Shown one piece after another: positions 16,253 to 16,956 of a DNA stretch of 16,956 nt (position 1 is the stretch's first letter; every line of letters starts with the position of its first letter). The position numbers and the translations under genes are program-made. Below the pieces are notes generated by a model. It had not been told where the DNA came from. It searched no databases and worked only from the letters and a program-made list of their open reading frames with translations. Origin of the DNA: Candidatus Heimdallarchaeota archaeon (GTDB lineage: Archaea > Asgardarchaeota > Heimdallarchaeia > JABLTI01); contig JAHLVW010000039.1 in assembly GCA_019058275.1 (NCBI GenBank), positions 1 through 16,956 on the forward strand, given 5' to 3'.

Positions 16253-16953
16253 GTTTGAATCGTACTATTGTAGTATTGAAATTAAGTAATGCCAACTATT
16301 AATTGTGGATATAAAGAAGTTTGAATCGTACTAATTTACTATTGAAATTCCATTCATCAATATCTTGAACTAATGCTTCTTTTGTGTTTGAATCGTACTA
16401 TTGTAGTATTGAAATTACGTTCTTCCAGCCTTGAAAAGTTTAATTCCAAGTCGAATTTGAATCGTACTATTGTAGTATTGAAATTAAATTCCTTTAATTC
16501 TTCCATAAGGAAAATAAATAGTTTGAATCGTACTATTGTAGTATTGAAATTTGTTTCAACTGGTTGAGTAATTTTCTTAAATATAAAAGTTTGAATCGTA
16601 CTATTGTAGTATTGAAATAAACTTTATCAAAAAATGCTCTGTAAAAGATGTGATAAAGTTTGAATCGTACTATTGTAGTATTGAAATAAAGTTAATATAA
16701 AATTTTTGTCATAAATATAACTGGTTTGAATCGTACTATTGTAGTATTGAAATAAATTGAAGAATACATGAATGAAAAAAATGATACAAGTTTGAATCGT
16801 ACTATTGTAGTATTGAAATTCTGGTAGAATTGATATAATTGATAAAATTTTTGAAAGTTTGAATCGTACTATTGTAGTATTGAAATGAGAATTTTCACTA
16901 ATAGCAACTAGAGGTTTAGCATAGTTTGAATCGTACTATTGTAGTATTGAAAT
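16253..16953 (+). CRISPR. CRISPR array with 30-bp repeat GTTTGAATCGTACTATTGTAGTATTGAAAT; 11 repeats and 10 spacers of 36-39 nt, probably continuing past the window
   Basis: Repeats start at 16253, 16319, 16386, 16455, 16521, 16589, 16658, 16724, 16790, 16857 and 16924. Stem TACTA-TTG-TAGTA. The ATTGAAAT 3' handle gives + orientation. Confidence 0.98.
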
Positions 16954-16956
16954 TAA

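Noticed and set aside
16373-16567. 64-aa ORF with repeated LNRTIVVLK
   Set aside because: Artefact of translating the CRISPR repeats.

Overview
AT-rich prokaryotic window, probably archaeal and possibly Asgard/Heimdallarchaeia-like; this is inferred from gene content and GGTGA/GGAGG Shine-Dalgarno motifs, not proven. The right half (7497-16956) is a complete type I-B CRISPR-Cas locus: cas6-cas8b-cas7b-cas5b-cas3-cas4-cas1-cas2, a 111-bp leader, and an array of 11 repeats and 10 full spacers that runs off the window edge. The left half is an accessory region with two TPR genes, a transglutaminase-like membrane protein, a surface protein, a frameshifted tail-anchored HEAT-repeat gene, and a diverged duplicated cassette of tiny CxxC zinc-finger genes (three paralogs of one GC-rich family, plus an unannotated 49-aa gene and its pseudogene). 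The most unusual signals are: (1) a degenerate repeat-36 nt spacer-repeat unit on the minus strand overlapping the putative cas6 promoter, next to a ~100-nt hairpin carrying Shine-Dalgarno mini-ORFs (CreTA/CreR-like candidate); (2) the zinc-finger microprotein cassettes; (3) a Cas3 motif III reading TPT instead of TAT/SAT; (4) a stem-destroyed second CRISPR repeat.
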